Below, piece after piece: positions 1-10,803 of a DNA stretch of 64,000 nucleotides. A program made the translations under genes and the position numbers. The first letter of the stretch is position 1. The number at the start of each line of letters is the position of its first letter. The notes under the pieces are model-generated. The model worked only from the letters and a program-made list of their open reading frames with translations. It was not told the DNA's origin and did not search any database. Where the stretch lies: the NCBI GenBank assembly GCA_026936335.1, contig JAPMXV010000040.1, positions 62,001-126,000 of the forward strand, in the 5' to 3' direction. This DNA comes from Mantamonas sphyraenae STR306 (lineage: Eukaryota > Protista > CRuMs).

Positions 1-98
1 ACAATCACCGCAAAGAGTTCCTTGAACTCGTTGTATTGATCCTCTGTTAATGTCTCGATGAGGGCCTCAACCTCGCGGTTGAATTCCTCCATGTCCAT
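1..98 (-). CDS. Calmodulin/centrin-like EF-hand protein, 5' fragment (continues beyond the window start)
   Basis: ATG at 98 gives MDMEEFNREVEALIETLTEDQYNEFKELFA, resembling the calmodulin N-terminus LTEEQIAEFKEAF. Too short for the ORF track. Confidence 0.6.
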   Translation of the reverse strand, partial: MDMEEFNREVEALIETLTEDQYNEFKELFAVI

Positions 99-367
99 GT
101 TGGGCGGATTGGTTGGATTGGTGGCGGAAACGCGGAAACGCGGGTGCGACTTTGTTCCGTTTGGGCAGCCAGCACAATCGCAGGAGGATGACGCAGACGA
201 ATCGGGGAGACGAGCGAGTCCATTGCGCCATGGCCGTCATACTGTGTGCGTATGTGCTGCTGTGTGTGTGCATGGGTGTCCATGGCAACCTTGAAGAAGT
301 CGATGAGGAAGTGCCGCTGTGGAGACCATCCCAACCCAACAGCAGCAACAAGCAAACAAACGAAGCA

Positions 368-1346
368 ATGAGCAGTGTGGGGAACGCATCCAAGGTGGTT
401 CTGGTCACCGGTGGCAACCGAGGCCTGGGCAAGGCAATTGTGGAGTCGCTGGCCAAGTCGGACAAGGTGACGACGGTGCTGGGTGCACGCAGCGCCAAGG
501 ATGGCCAAAAGGTGGCGGATGAGCTCAACGTGGGCTTTGTCGAGCTGGATGTGTCGAACAGTGAGAGCATCGCGGCTGCGGCGGAAACCCTGAAGAAGGA
601 CTACGGAGCCATCGATGTCCTCATCAACAACGCGGGCATCTTCCCCAAGGAGGGTGGCTACGAGAATTCTCTCCAGTGCATGAGTGAGTTTAGTGCGCGC
701 GTGCGCAAGTGTGTGGCGCAAGAATGGGGCGGGCGACAAGGTCCAATTCCGTTTCCGCCCGAAACTTCGAATTTTTCGGTGACACTGACCCTTCCCGCGC
801 GCAGACGTGAACGTGTTTGGCGTGCAAAACACCACGCAAACGCTCCTGCCGCTGCTGCAGGCTGGTGACAAAGAGACCCCCGCACAGATCATTATGATGT
901 CGTCGGGGATGGGTTCGCAGGACAACCACGCCGATGCGCTTGTCGACGAGACGTTTGACGAGGCTCTTTCGTCGCAAGAGGTGCTGGATCTGGTGGAAAA
1001 CAAGTACCTGGCAGCCGCCAAGGAGGGCACGGAGGGTGAACTCGGGTATGCGGCTGGGTCTGGCGCAAACATCTACCGGACGTCCAAGTTCTTTCTGAAC
1101 GCCCTTTCACTTGCACTCCACCGTGAGCTGCACCTGAACAAGGAAGAGGGTGCACGGGATGTGCTGGTGAACGTGGTGTGCCCTGGATGGTGTCGAACAG
1201 ACATGGGAGGGGAGAACGCGAGCCGCAGCCCCGAACAGGGTGCCTCGGGGGCGGTGAATCTGGTGCTGGCCAACGTGGACACATCTGGCACGTTTACACG
1301 TGACGGACAGACTGCGTCGTGGCGCACAGGCCTCACGGAGAAGTGA
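368..1346 (+). CDS. Short-chain dehydrogenase/reductase, carbonyl reductase-like; intron 684-804
   Basis: TGGNRGLG Rossmann motif, INNAG, catalytic YRTSK, CPGWCRTDMGG. The GTGAGT...GCAG intron joins the two ORFs in frame. Confidence 0.92.
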
Positions 1347-1403
1347 GAGACGAGGAACGGGAGCGGGATCGCTTGTGGAGACAAAGAAAACCACCCACCT
1401 CTC

Positions 1404-3163
1404 ATGCCAGCCACGTGTTGTTGCTGTAACAAGCCTGAATCCGCTTGCTCGTCGTTGTTTCACAAGCGCGTGCTGGCGACACCGCGGTTGACGTTGGGAG
1501 AGGCCTTGTTCATGGCTGTGTACGTCGTCGTGGTGCTTGCCTTCTATGTGTTCAGCGCAGTCACAAAGGACCCCATCGCCCTTGGGCGTCCAGACTTTGT
1601 GCGTTGGTTCATGGCGCTGGGAGATCTGAACAACGTTCAGTATGCCTTTGTGGCGCTGCCGGTGACCCGCAACTCCATTTGGCTTCCGCTCATGGGCATC
1701 AGCTTTGAACGGTAGGTTGTGTGTGATGGCGGTGTGCGTAGGACTGGCTTGAGGCGTGTTGGGGAAGGGGTGGGGGAGGTTCACACAACCGGTGTCGTCT
1801 TTGGCCGTGCCAGCAAGTGTCCTGCCAGAGTTCTCAGGGACGTCACTCCCTCCCGTTTGCCAACAGCCGTGGGAGTGAGCCGACATCGCATGCACGTTTG
1901 AAACTCACCCTGTACAACCGCACGTCATGTTGGGTCACAGAGCCATTTTCTTTCACCGCGTGTTGGCGCGCTTTGTAAGTGAGCGTGGGGGCTTTTGTGG
2001 GGGGTGTTGGGAGAAACGCAGAAATCGCGCGTTTCTTCGGCAAGAAACGCCCCGTGCTGACATGTGCACACACACTCGTCACACACACGCGACAGGCGGG
2101 CACAGGGATGACAATCCATGCGCTTGGCATGCTGTTCACGATCGATCTGGCCAAATCGCTTGCCAAGGGCCCCGGGTCCTTGTTTGCAATTGTCGCGCTT
2201 GTGTTGTACGTGCCCACCATGGTGCTTGCACAGGAGCCGTTCCGCCGCAAGGCGTTTGAGACGTTCTACTACGCACATCGGATGTTGGTGCCTGTGATTG
2301 TGATCATGCTGTGGCTGCACAGTGCACTGCTGCCTGTGTTTATGGCACCTGCCCTGGTGTTGTACCTTGGCGACCTATATGTTCGCCACAAGCGCTCCAG
2401 CAGGCCCAGCACCGTCAAGTCGCTGACGTCGTTGGAGGGAGGCGTGACACGTGTCGAAGTGTTTGTGGCCGAATTCGGTGCCTACGAGGGCGGTCAGTAC
2501 TGCTTTGTCAACGTGCCGACCTTGTCGGGGTGGCAGTGGCACCCGTTTTCCATCAGCTCGGCGCCACACGATGAGAACCTGACGTTTCACATCAAAGACA
2601 TGGGAGAAGGGCAGTGGACACACGACCTGCGCATGCTTGCAGAGAGCACCAGCGACGCAAGCAAGGTTGTGTTCAAGGTGGATGGCCCCTACGGCAAGCC
2701 GTCGGTGCTGCCCGAACAGTACGCCCATCATGTGCTGGTGGCAGGAGGCATTGGCATCACGCCCATGATTTCCATGCTGAGGGAGTTTGCCCACGGGGTG
2801 GAAAACGGCTCGTTGTCGCACATCGGCAAAGTGTACTTTGTGTGGACCGTGCGCACCGCCAAGGAATTGGCCATGTTTGCCGATGAGCTGGACGTCGTGG
2901 CCAAAGCCAATCCCGCTGTGTTTGACATTCAGGTGTTTCTGACGCGTGAGAAGGAGACACCCAAGCACACGTTCAGCACCTCCACTGGCCGTCCCGACAT
3001 GCCCACCCTCTTGGGCCGTGTCAGGGACACACACATGACAGGGGAGGATGCTCACGTGGCTGTGTATGCATGCGGACCTGCTCCTATGGTCAGCGGTGTG
3101 GATCAGACGTGCGTGGATCTGGACGGCCGTTTCCACTTTCACAGTGAGACCTTTGCGTTGTGA
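1404..3163 (+). CDS. Ferric reductase (FRE/NOX-like flavocytochrome); introns 1712-1940 and 1975-2095
   Basis: LPVTRNSIW..GISFERAIFFHR, four heme-type His residues in TM helices, FAD motif HPFSISS, DGPYG, VAGGIGITP, CGP and terminal HSETF. Confidence 0.92.
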
Positions 3164-3209
3164 GTGCTGCCAACCTTGTTGACATTGAAAGAAACAACTG
3201 GATTCCCTT

Positions 3210-4131
3210 TCATTCCGAGTCGCCGTTGTAGGCATAGAGGGCGCGGTGGTGCATGACCAGGTTGTCGTTGACAAAGAAGAACGAGTCGCTGGTGGTGCTG
3301 TACGGGTTGTCGATCATATCCTGCTTCTGCTGCGCTGTCAGCGTGGGGAACTTGTACTCCTGGCTCCACGAGTTGGTGGAGTTGGGAATGCAGAAGCCAA
3401 AGACAAAGTCGAACGAGCGCAGGAGGGTGTTGTTGTGGTAGTGCCGCTCGATCATCCTGAACTGGTCCAGAGCCTGATCGCCCACCTTGAAGGTGAGGCT
3501 GGACCACACACAGGGTTGCACAGTGTCAGTAGCAGCTGGGCAAGGGAGCACAGATTGGGGACGAGGGGAACGGGGGCCCTGGGGGGGAGGGGAGTGTTTG
3601 TGCTTGGGAAAAAGCTCGCGCGGCGGAAAGGCGCAAAACGCACTCGGTTGCCACGAGGTTGAGGTCGAGGAAGGACGGCTTAAAGTTGTATTCGATGGTG
3701 CGCAGGGCGTCCTGATCGATCATCTGTGTGGGATGGAAGGGGGGAGGGGGGAGGGGCGGGGTCAGGCGTGAGCGGGGGTTTGTGTTTTGCAAAAGGGGCT
3801 GGTTCCACCGCGCCATTTGCCACGTACGCTGAGATCGACGCCGTCGAGAACCCCGGGCTCTGTGGAGGTTTCAAACAGCACCTCCTTGTTGTCCTTGTCT
3901 GTGATTTTGAATGAGAGAAACTCGATGCCGTAGACGTTGTCCTCCATGGAGCAAAGGAAGGCTGGGGAACAAGATCGGGGCGCGGGACGAGAGTGAGCCG
4001 ACGGGTGGGGGGGGGGGCAAGAGGAGGGGTGGGCGACGGGGGCACACGGGATACACGCAAACAAACGACGTACACTCGCACGGCCCGGTCAGATTCTCAA
4101 TGTCCTTGACTGTGTACTGCTGCTGGGTCAT
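3210..4131 (-). CDS. UNC119: UNC119 myristoyl-cargo chaperone (PDEdelta family); introns 3962-4073, 3724-3827, 3499-3643
   Basis: FLC..EDNVYGIEFLSFKI, FRMIERHY, SFDFVFGFCIPNSTNSW, SDSFFFVNDNLVMHHRALYAY. Confidence 0.93.
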
Positions 4132-4197
4132 GTGTGTGGGAGAGTGTGTGGGAGAGTGTGGCTGGCGCAGCTGGAGCCATTCCAACCCACACAGGGG

Positions 4198-6136
4198 ATG
4201 CACAGGCACAAGAGCGCCCACTCGTTGAGGGAGACGTGGCGAAGAGTGGTGCAGAGTCGCATCCTGCCTTTGGGATCGACGTCTGTGGGCAACGAGGTGA
4301 CGGTGTACACAGACGGGACGGCGTACTTCCCGGCACTATGGTCCGAGATTGACAAGGCCAGCAAGAGTGTGTGGATTGAAGCGTACGAGTGGGAGCCCGA
4401 CAATGTGGGCAAACGCACGGTGGAGAAGCTGGCAGAAGCGGCTGCTCGGGGCTGCGACGTGCGCGTCCTTTACGATCACTGGGGCAGCATCGCTTCGAAC
4501 AGCAGCGACTTTGAACCGATCCGCAGAGAGGTGAGAGAGGGAGGGTGGGATGTTGGTGGTGCAGGAGGGACACACAAACACACACACACGCACAGGACTG
4601 ACACAGTGAGACGAATGCACTGATGTACCACAGGGGGGCTCGGTGATGGTGTTCAATCCAGTGTGGCCGCTGAACTTTGGGCGACGTGGCAAGGCGCCGT
4701 TTCTGTACCGCAACCACCGCAAACTGATGGTGGTGGACGAAACAGTGGGGTTCTGTGGTGGCATGAACATATCCACGCAGTACGCAAAGCCACCGATGGG
4801 TGTGGGCCGGTTTCGAGACACCCATGTGCGCATCAAGGGCCCTGCAGTCCACGACATGGCCAAAATCTTCTGGCACAGTCTGTTTGAAGCCATGGACAGC
4901 AATCAAGTGGAGAAACGGCTGTTTTCCATCATCCACAGGTTGCGTACGCTGGGGTCGCGGTCGAATCCAGAACGGAAGCAACGGGCTCACGACCAATTGT
5001 CGGATAGGTTCAATCTGCCGCATCTCTCTCAAGAATCATTGCACATGGACAAGGGTGACGTGCCTGTGCACACCCTGACAGAAGAACTGGAGGAGCTGCG
5101 GCAGCTGCAGGAGATGCGTTTGAAGCCTTCGCTTGCGATGCTGCCCGTAAACACGTCGCGGTACCTGCCCACACCGTTTCCTCGCTCGCTTCTGATGGCC
5201 ATCGACGAGTTTCGCACGCCTGCAGACGCACGTGTGGTGTCGACACGTGCAGCGTCTGTGGCACAGGTGGTGGTGGCGAGGACAGAGGATGACCCTGGGG
5301 CAGGGAGGGCGCCCACACAGGAGCAGCGGACGGTGCGGAGGGTTGTCAGTCGCATTTTCAACGATTGGTACGAAAGGCGATTGCGAGGGAGTGGACGACA
5401 GGAGGAGGAGGATCCAGAGGTGGACGAGAGTGGGCAGGGGCAGAGGCAGAGGCGGGAGAAGAGGCAAGGGGATTTGGAAAGGGTGCCCATGGTGACAATG
5501 TCGCATGGAGGCATGGGTGGACACGGGGCGACCGTGCATCGGCACTCGTTGGGCCCGCGGCAGTCGGAGAGCAGTTCGGTGAGCCAGGACACGTTTGTGC
5601 AGGTCCTGCAGAGCAATGGCTTGCGCAACATGTTCAACATCCACAACAGTCTGGTGAGTGCCATCCGGTCTGCTCGGCACACGGTGTACATCACCAACCC
5701 GTACTTCCTGCCGTATCCGCGGCTCAAGACAGCCATCGAGACGGCAGCCCGGCGAGGGGTGGACGTGCGGATCATCACAGCCGGCGATTCGGATGTGTTT
5801 GCACAACGCTGGGCTGGACTGCACATCTACGACCATCTGCTGGAGAGTGGCGTGCGCATGTACGAAATGTTTGGCAAGCTGCTGCACGCCAAGACGGTGA
5901 CAGTGGACAATATCTACTCCACCATCGGCAGCTTCAACATGGATGGCTTCTCAGCCAACCGCAACCTGGAGTTGAATGTGAATGTGGTGGACCCTGTGAT
6001 TGCACACCACCTGCAGGCGCAGTTCCGCAAAGATTTGGCCATCTGCAAGGAGATCAAGTTGCAGGATCTCCAAGAGCGCACCTGGTATGAGCGCATGGCG
6101 CATTGGGCTGCCTATCGATTGTTCCGCACCATTTGA
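4198..6136 (+). CDS. Bacterial-type (PLD family) cardiolipin synthase-like protein; intron 4531-4633
   Basis: GNEVTVYTDG, AAARGCDVRVLYD..GS, two HKD motifs (RNHRKLMVVD...GGMNI and LHAKTVTVD...IGSFNMD..S...NLELN), NPYFLP. Confidence 0.88.
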
Positions 6137-6145
6137 GTGTTCTGC

Positions 6146-8077
6146 ATGGATGTGCGTGAAGAGAGACAAACAAAAGGTGACATTGCTCGCGGCAGCGGCC
6201 CGAAACAAAGTTGCTCTTGCATCTGGCTCATGGTGGCACAACTATCTCGGATGGCCTGGATGGCTGTGACTTTGAGTGCCCTCGTTCTCTCCAGCGTCTT
6301 CTTCGTGGCTCTTCACTCGTCGTACAGGGAGTATGTGGCCGAACAAAAGGCGCAACGACGACAGGCGCTCAAGGGAGAGCTTCTGCGAGCCATCAGTGTG
6401 GCAAACGCACGCCTTCACGCCACCCTGCGCGCTGTGGCGCTGAAGAGTGCTGCCCTGGTGCAGGACGACCCAGATGCGTCGGTGGCAGCGGTGGCAGCGG
6501 TCGACGCGGTGGAAGGCGAGGAGCAGCGCATCATGGGGGTGGACATCGACGTGTGCATCGCCAGCAAGAACGCAGCGCAAAAGTATTGCACGCGTCCATC
6601 GGGTGCGCATGTAGCTCAGCTACTGGACAAGGCGCACAGGCGCAGAACAGTGCAGGCGGCTCGTTTGAACGTCTCGCTGACAGCTGTGGAGCAGCGAACA
6701 AACCTCCTGGGCATGAACAAGGCAGCATGTGCCCAAGATTGGTTGCAGCACAACGATAGCATGGGTTTGGACATGGTGCGAGAACTGGCAAAGGTGTGGC
6801 GACGGCTGGACGACGCGGCGGCAGTTGGCAAGCCCCCGTCGGTGCTGGTTCCAAACGCGGCAAGGCTGCGTGTGATCAGGGACATACGCACGGTCAATCC
6901 ACGCGTGCTGATACACATGAGAGAGAGGGGAGACGTGGCTTTCATGGAGCCCGTAGCCTCGTTTGCCCTGCGGAAGCCGCGGGGCTCTGTGCAGGCGGCG
7001 CAGTTTCCCGTGTCCTTTGCCCCAGGGCAGGAGGTGATCAATGCCACGGCTCCGCCCGAGGACAGTTGGCGGTATTTGATACGCGTGCACCACGCGTGGT
7101 TGACACAGAAGGCCCTTCTGTTGGACCAGACACACGTGTGGGCGGTGGGAAACAACGGGCAGTGGCGAGAGGAGGCGCCCAAGGTGGGGAGCATGGATGC
7201 AGACGCGTGGCAGTCACATCTTGTGCTGGACGAGGTGTTTGTGCTCAGTACGCTTTGGGCCAGCGAGTACTGGCACTTTTTCGGGGAAACCATGCCCCGG
7301 CTGATGCTTGCGTTGGACTGGTTGCGAGCAAATCCCCATGTGCACATTCTGGCGGACGGCACAGAGAAAGCGTATGTGAGACAGGCTCTGAGCAGACTGG
7401 GACTGATGGAGCGTGTTGTGTGCCGCAACGCTGATCTGATGTATTTTGCGCCTGTCGTCTGGTTCGCACGCCCGACTCGCTTTGGATCGCCAACCGTGGA
7501 GGAAGCCACGCGATTGCACACAGAAATGGTGGGACAGAGGGAGCCTGACCCAGAGGCTCGGGATAGGGTCATCCTGGTTCAGCGGCATCCGAACAAGGAG
7601 CGATCATGGGGCAATGCTCGGGAAAGCGAGCGGATGGCGGAGCTGGTCAGGTTTGCTATGATGCGTGTGAACCTGGAAAACAAAGAGAATGGGCGGTCAG
7701 AGGGGACCCTGCAGTTTGTGCAATTCAACGGGGATCTGAATCTGGCGGAGACGATCGAGCTGTTCAGCCACAGCGCCGTCATTGTGGGTGGGGAGGGAGC
7801 TGGCCTGGTCAATGCCATGTTTGCCAGCTCGACTTCGATGATGATGGAGGTGAATAGCGAGGACAGGCAGAACTGGTGTCACTACACCGTGGCCAATGTC
7901 CGCGGCATGGACTATTGGCTTGCACAGGCATCGACGTGGGAGCCACGCCGTGTGTTTTCGGTGGTGCAGGACAAACAACTGGAAGCCTCACTGCGCAAGC
8001 AGCTACCAGAGATGATGCGTGCTGCATCGGACAGGCTAGCAGCAGCCCAGCGTGCGGCCCGGGAACGCGCAGGCTGA
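6146..8077 (+). CDS. Glycosyltransferase family 61 (DUF563)-like type II membrane protein, copy 1
   Basis: N-terminal TM anchor and coiled stem, YWHFFGETMPRL, IELFSHSAVIVGGEGAGLVNAMF. The start may be a later Met (~6230). Confidence 0.75.
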   Translation: MDVREERQTKGDIARGSGPKQSCSCIWLMVAQLSRMAWMAVTLSALVLSSVFFVALHSSYREYVAEQKAQRRQALKGELLRAISVANARLHATLRAVALKSAALVQDDPDASVAAVAAVDAVEGEEQRIMGVDIDVCIASKNAAQKYCTRPSGAHVAQLLDKAHRRRTVQAARLNVSLTAVEQRTNLLGMNKAACAQDWLQHNDSMGLDMVRELAKVWRRLDDAAAVGKPPSVLVPNAARLRVIRDIRTVNPRVLIHMRERGDVAFMEPVASFALRKPRGSVQAAQFPVSFAPGQEVINATAPPEDSWRYLIRVHHAWLTQKALLLDQTHVWAVGNNGQWREEAPKVGSMDADAWQSHLVLDEVFVLSTLWASEYWHFFGETMPRLMLALDWLRANPHVHILADGTEKAYVRQALSRLGLMERVVCRNADLMYFAPVVWFARPTRFGSPTVEEATRLHTEMVGQREPDPEARDRVILVQRHPNKERSWGNARESERMAELVRFAMMRVNLENKENGRSEGTLQFVQFNGDLNLAETIELFSHSAVIVGGEGAGLVNAMFASSTSMMMEVNSEDRQNWCHYTVANVRGMDYWLAQASTWEPRRVFSVVQDKQLEASLRKQLPEMMRAASDRLAAAQRAARERAG

Positions 8078-8117
8078 TCCAACCTGAGGTGAACTGGGGG
8101 CTGTGGCAAGGCTCACC

Positions 8118-9881
8118 ATGCGGCTAGGGCGGATACATGTGACGATGGTGCAAAGGTTGGGTGTGGTGGCTTTGTTGGGAAGCGTTCTACTGCTTCTGCT
8201 GCTGCGGTCGCACGGACCCCTGCTCACCGAGGAAGAGAGGCTAGATGCCATCCGAAAGAGCTTCACATCGCTAAACAGATACTCGGAAGGGCATCTGCAT
8301 GCCAAACTGTTGACGCTTGCTCGCTTGCAGGGCATGGGTGAGAACCGCTCTACCGTGGCCGGGGTTGGCAAGCTCGTGGAAGCCATGCGCAGTCGCTTGG
8401 AGGCTGTTCACAGGCACAGAGACCTGTGCATGGACATACTTGCGCATGCCAGCGACCTTTGTCATGAAAAGGTCAACAAGGAGCATGTTGGTGCGGTCGA
8501 AGCTGACCTGGCGTCGCTGTACTCACACAAGGTCGCTGGTGCGGACGAGGAGCAAGAAGAGCTGAGAAGCATACAAACGCGTTTGGAACGCATGGATTCA
8601 TCGTGTCTTTCTGCACAGGAGTTGCTGTGGCAAGTCTCTGCGGCCAGGGAGGGGCCGTACTTGCAGGACGCTTTCCCCACGCCGGTGTACCCGCGCCACA
8701 GCAAGCTACGCGTGCTGACAAACATCGAGGACATGGGCATGTCAGACATGATCCACAAGCGCATCAGGGGCCAGGTTTTATTCTGGGAAAAGGTCCATCC
8801 GTATCCTCAGCCTCCGGTGGCAGGGCTGAACCAGCTCGCACAGCGATATCCAGAGTTTGCAGAACGGGACAAAACTGTGAAGAGTGTGGTGGTGGAAACA
8901 GACCGCATTCGGTTCTTGCTGGAGCTTGACAATGCGTGGCTGGACCCATCAGCACTGGTGTACGACCAGCGATACGTGTACCAGATCGGAAACAACGTGC
9001 CGTGGGCAGAAGCAGCACGCAGCATTCTGTCGCGATCGGCACCTAATGCCACACAGAAGGTGCTGTCGTTTCCACGTGTGTTTGTGTTGTCGCAGTTGTG
9101 GGCAGAGCAAGTGTACCACTTCTTTGCCGAAACACTCACGCGGCTGATGTTGGCGTACGACTGGCTCGTGGCCAACCCAGACGTGAGCATTGTGATGCCT
9201 GGAACAAATCTGAAGCACGTGCGTCAATCCATGATGCTGCTTGGATTGGCGCATCGGCTGGTGGAGCAACCACTGCAAACGTCTGTGTTTGCCTCCAAGC
9301 TGTACTTTGCACGCCCAACACGGTTCGGATCGCCCACACGTGAAGAAGCACGCAAATTGAGCAGAGCGATGGTTGGTAATCGAATTGCACCTGCACACGA
9401 ACGCAATCGTGTGGTGCTGATAGTGCGCCCTGCCAGTGGACAGCGCAGCTTTGGCAACCTCGACGAAACGGCACAGATGATCGATTATGTGCGAAAGGCA
9501 GTGGAGAACGTGCCGCAACTCACTTTGGAGCTATTCACGACGCCCCGGTCGCTGGTGGAGACAATCGATCTGTTTCAGAGGGCGGCGGTAATTATCGGCG
9601 GCGAGGGAGCTGGACTCGTGAATGCGTTGTGGGCACACAAAGGGACGATTGTCATGGAGCTGAATGCGCGCAAGAACGCCAATTGGTGTCACTTTCGAAC
9701 GAGTACTGTGATGGGTCAGGACCACTACGTCGTGGAAGCGGAGGATTCAAGCGTGCCGCAAGTGCGCTACCGTCACTTTTTCCGCATCACAGATCCTTCC
9801 CTGCGTGCCAGCATGGACAAACAGCTGCCCATCGTGCTTCGCACTGCCGTGGAGAGGCTCAGCAAGCACGGACAGGAATGA
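8118..9881 (+). CDS. Glycosyltransferase family 61 (DUF563)-like type II membrane protein, copy 2 (tandem paralogue)
   Basis: N-terminal TM, YHFFAETLTRL, FARPTRFGSPT identical to copy 1, IDLFQRAAVIIGGEGAGLVNALW. Confidence 0.75.
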   Translation: MRLGRIHVTMVQRLGVVALLGSVLLLLLLRSHGPLLTEEERLDAIRKSFTSLNRYSEGHLHAKLLTLARLQGMGENRSTVAGVGKLVEAMRSRLEAVHRHRDLCMDILAHASDLCHEKVNKEHVGAVEADLASLYSHKVAGADEEQEELRSIQTRLERMDSSCLSAQELLWQVSAAREGPYLQDAFPTPVYPRHSKLRVLTNIEDMGMSDMIHKRIRGQVLFWEKVHPYPQPPVAGLNQLAQRYPEFAERDKTVKSVVVETDRIRFLLELDNAWLDPSALVYDQRYVYQIGNNVPWAEAARSILSRSAPNATQKVLSFPRVFVLSQLWAEQVYHFFAETLTRLMLAYDWLVANPDVSIVMPGTNLKHVRQSMMLLGLAHRLVEQPLQTSVFASKLYFARPTRFGSPTREEARKLSRAMVGNRIAPAHERNRVVLIVRPASGQRSFGNLDETAQMIDYVRKAVENVPQLTLELFTTPRSLVETIDLFQRAAVIIGGEGAGLVNALWAHKGTIVMELNARKNANWCHFRTSTVMGQDHYVVEAEDSSVPQVRYRHFFRITDPSLRASMDKQLPIVLRTAVERLSKHGQE

Positions 9882-9917
9882 AGGATCGGCCCCGTTTTGC
9901 TGTTCATTGTGTGTCGT

Positions 9918-10751
9918 TCAGTCCTCCAATGGACTGGAATCCACCCATGACAATCGAGTTCCGTCGTAATTGAGGTACGCACCATTGAACTCATGCGGAT
10001 CGGCAGCTGTGCACACGGCAATGGGTGTGGCCGCACCGTCCTGCGCGCTTAGGGGCGGCGGTTTGCCACTCATGAGACCGATTTGGGTGGCACACCAACC
10101 TGGGTGCACGGTGGTACTCACCACCTCGGAATGGTGTTCTCCCAACCAGCGCATGAACCAGTGCAACAGCCACTTGCTGACGCGGTAAGCCTCCATCTCT
10201 CCTGTCGCCCAACCACGTTCGCCAGCCTTGTCTTCACCCAAATCCAACAAATACTGATGTGCCATATCTACCAATTCCTCCGGACTGGCCTTGCTGGCCT
10301 TGTCGTTGAGCTGGTCGCTTTGAAATTCAGTTCCTCCCCGTCGAGACCCAATCGTCAGCACCTGTGCCACCAAAGGCAACAGGGCCATAGTGAATCCAAT
10401 GGTGCCCACTGAATTTGTTTCTATAATGGGTGTGGCTGTTTCCACGGTGTCCTCGCGGAAATTGTACAGCGCGGCGTTGTTGACGAGGACGTCGAGCCTG
10501 CCATAGCGCTCTTTGATGAGTTTGGCCGCAGAGACAACACTGTCGTCGTCGCTGAGATCGAGCACGAGCGTATCTGCATCCACCTCGGCTGCTGCCGTTG
10601 CCAATGTGTCCTCGTTTCGGCCAGCAAGGACTAGGGTCGTCTCTGGCTCGGCCACACGGATTCCCTTGGCAATCTCCAGGCCAATGCCACTTCCACCGCC
10701 AGTGATGAGGACAATGCGCGCCTGTTTGTCGGCCTCTGTGGCTAAAGACAT
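9918..10751 (-). CDS. Short-chain dehydrogenase/reductase, carbonyl reductase-like, intronless
   Basis: TGGGSGIG, LDVLVNNAA, YRVSK, HPGWCAT. Confidence 0.9.
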   Translation of the reverse strand: MSLATEADKQARIVLITGGGSGIGLEIAKGIRVAEPETTLVLAGRNEDTLATAAAEVDADTLVLDLSDDDSVVSAAKLIKERYGRLDVLVNNAALYNFREDTVETATPIIETNSVGTIGFTMALLPLVAQVLTIGSRRGGTEFQSDQLNDKASKASPEELVDMAHQYLLDLGEDKAGERGWATGEMEAYRVSKWLLHWFMRWLGEHHSEVVSTTVHPGWCATQIGLMSGKPPPLSAQDGAATPIAVCTAADPHEFNGAYLNYDGTRLSWVDSSPLED

Positions 10752-10803
10752 GCGCCAACAATGCAATTGCGGCCGCCCGCGCACCAAAAAACGAATCATC
10801 ACC

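Noticed and set aside
1404-3163. NADPH oxidase (ROS-producing NOX)
   Set aside because: No EF-hands and no clear NOX-specific signatures; ferric reductase is the safer call.
368-10751. Biosynthetic or horizontally acquired cluster (SDRs, ferric reductase, CLS, GT61s)
   Set aside because: No core biosynthetic enzyme, several genes have host-type introns, UNC119 interrupts the block, and composition matches the flanks.
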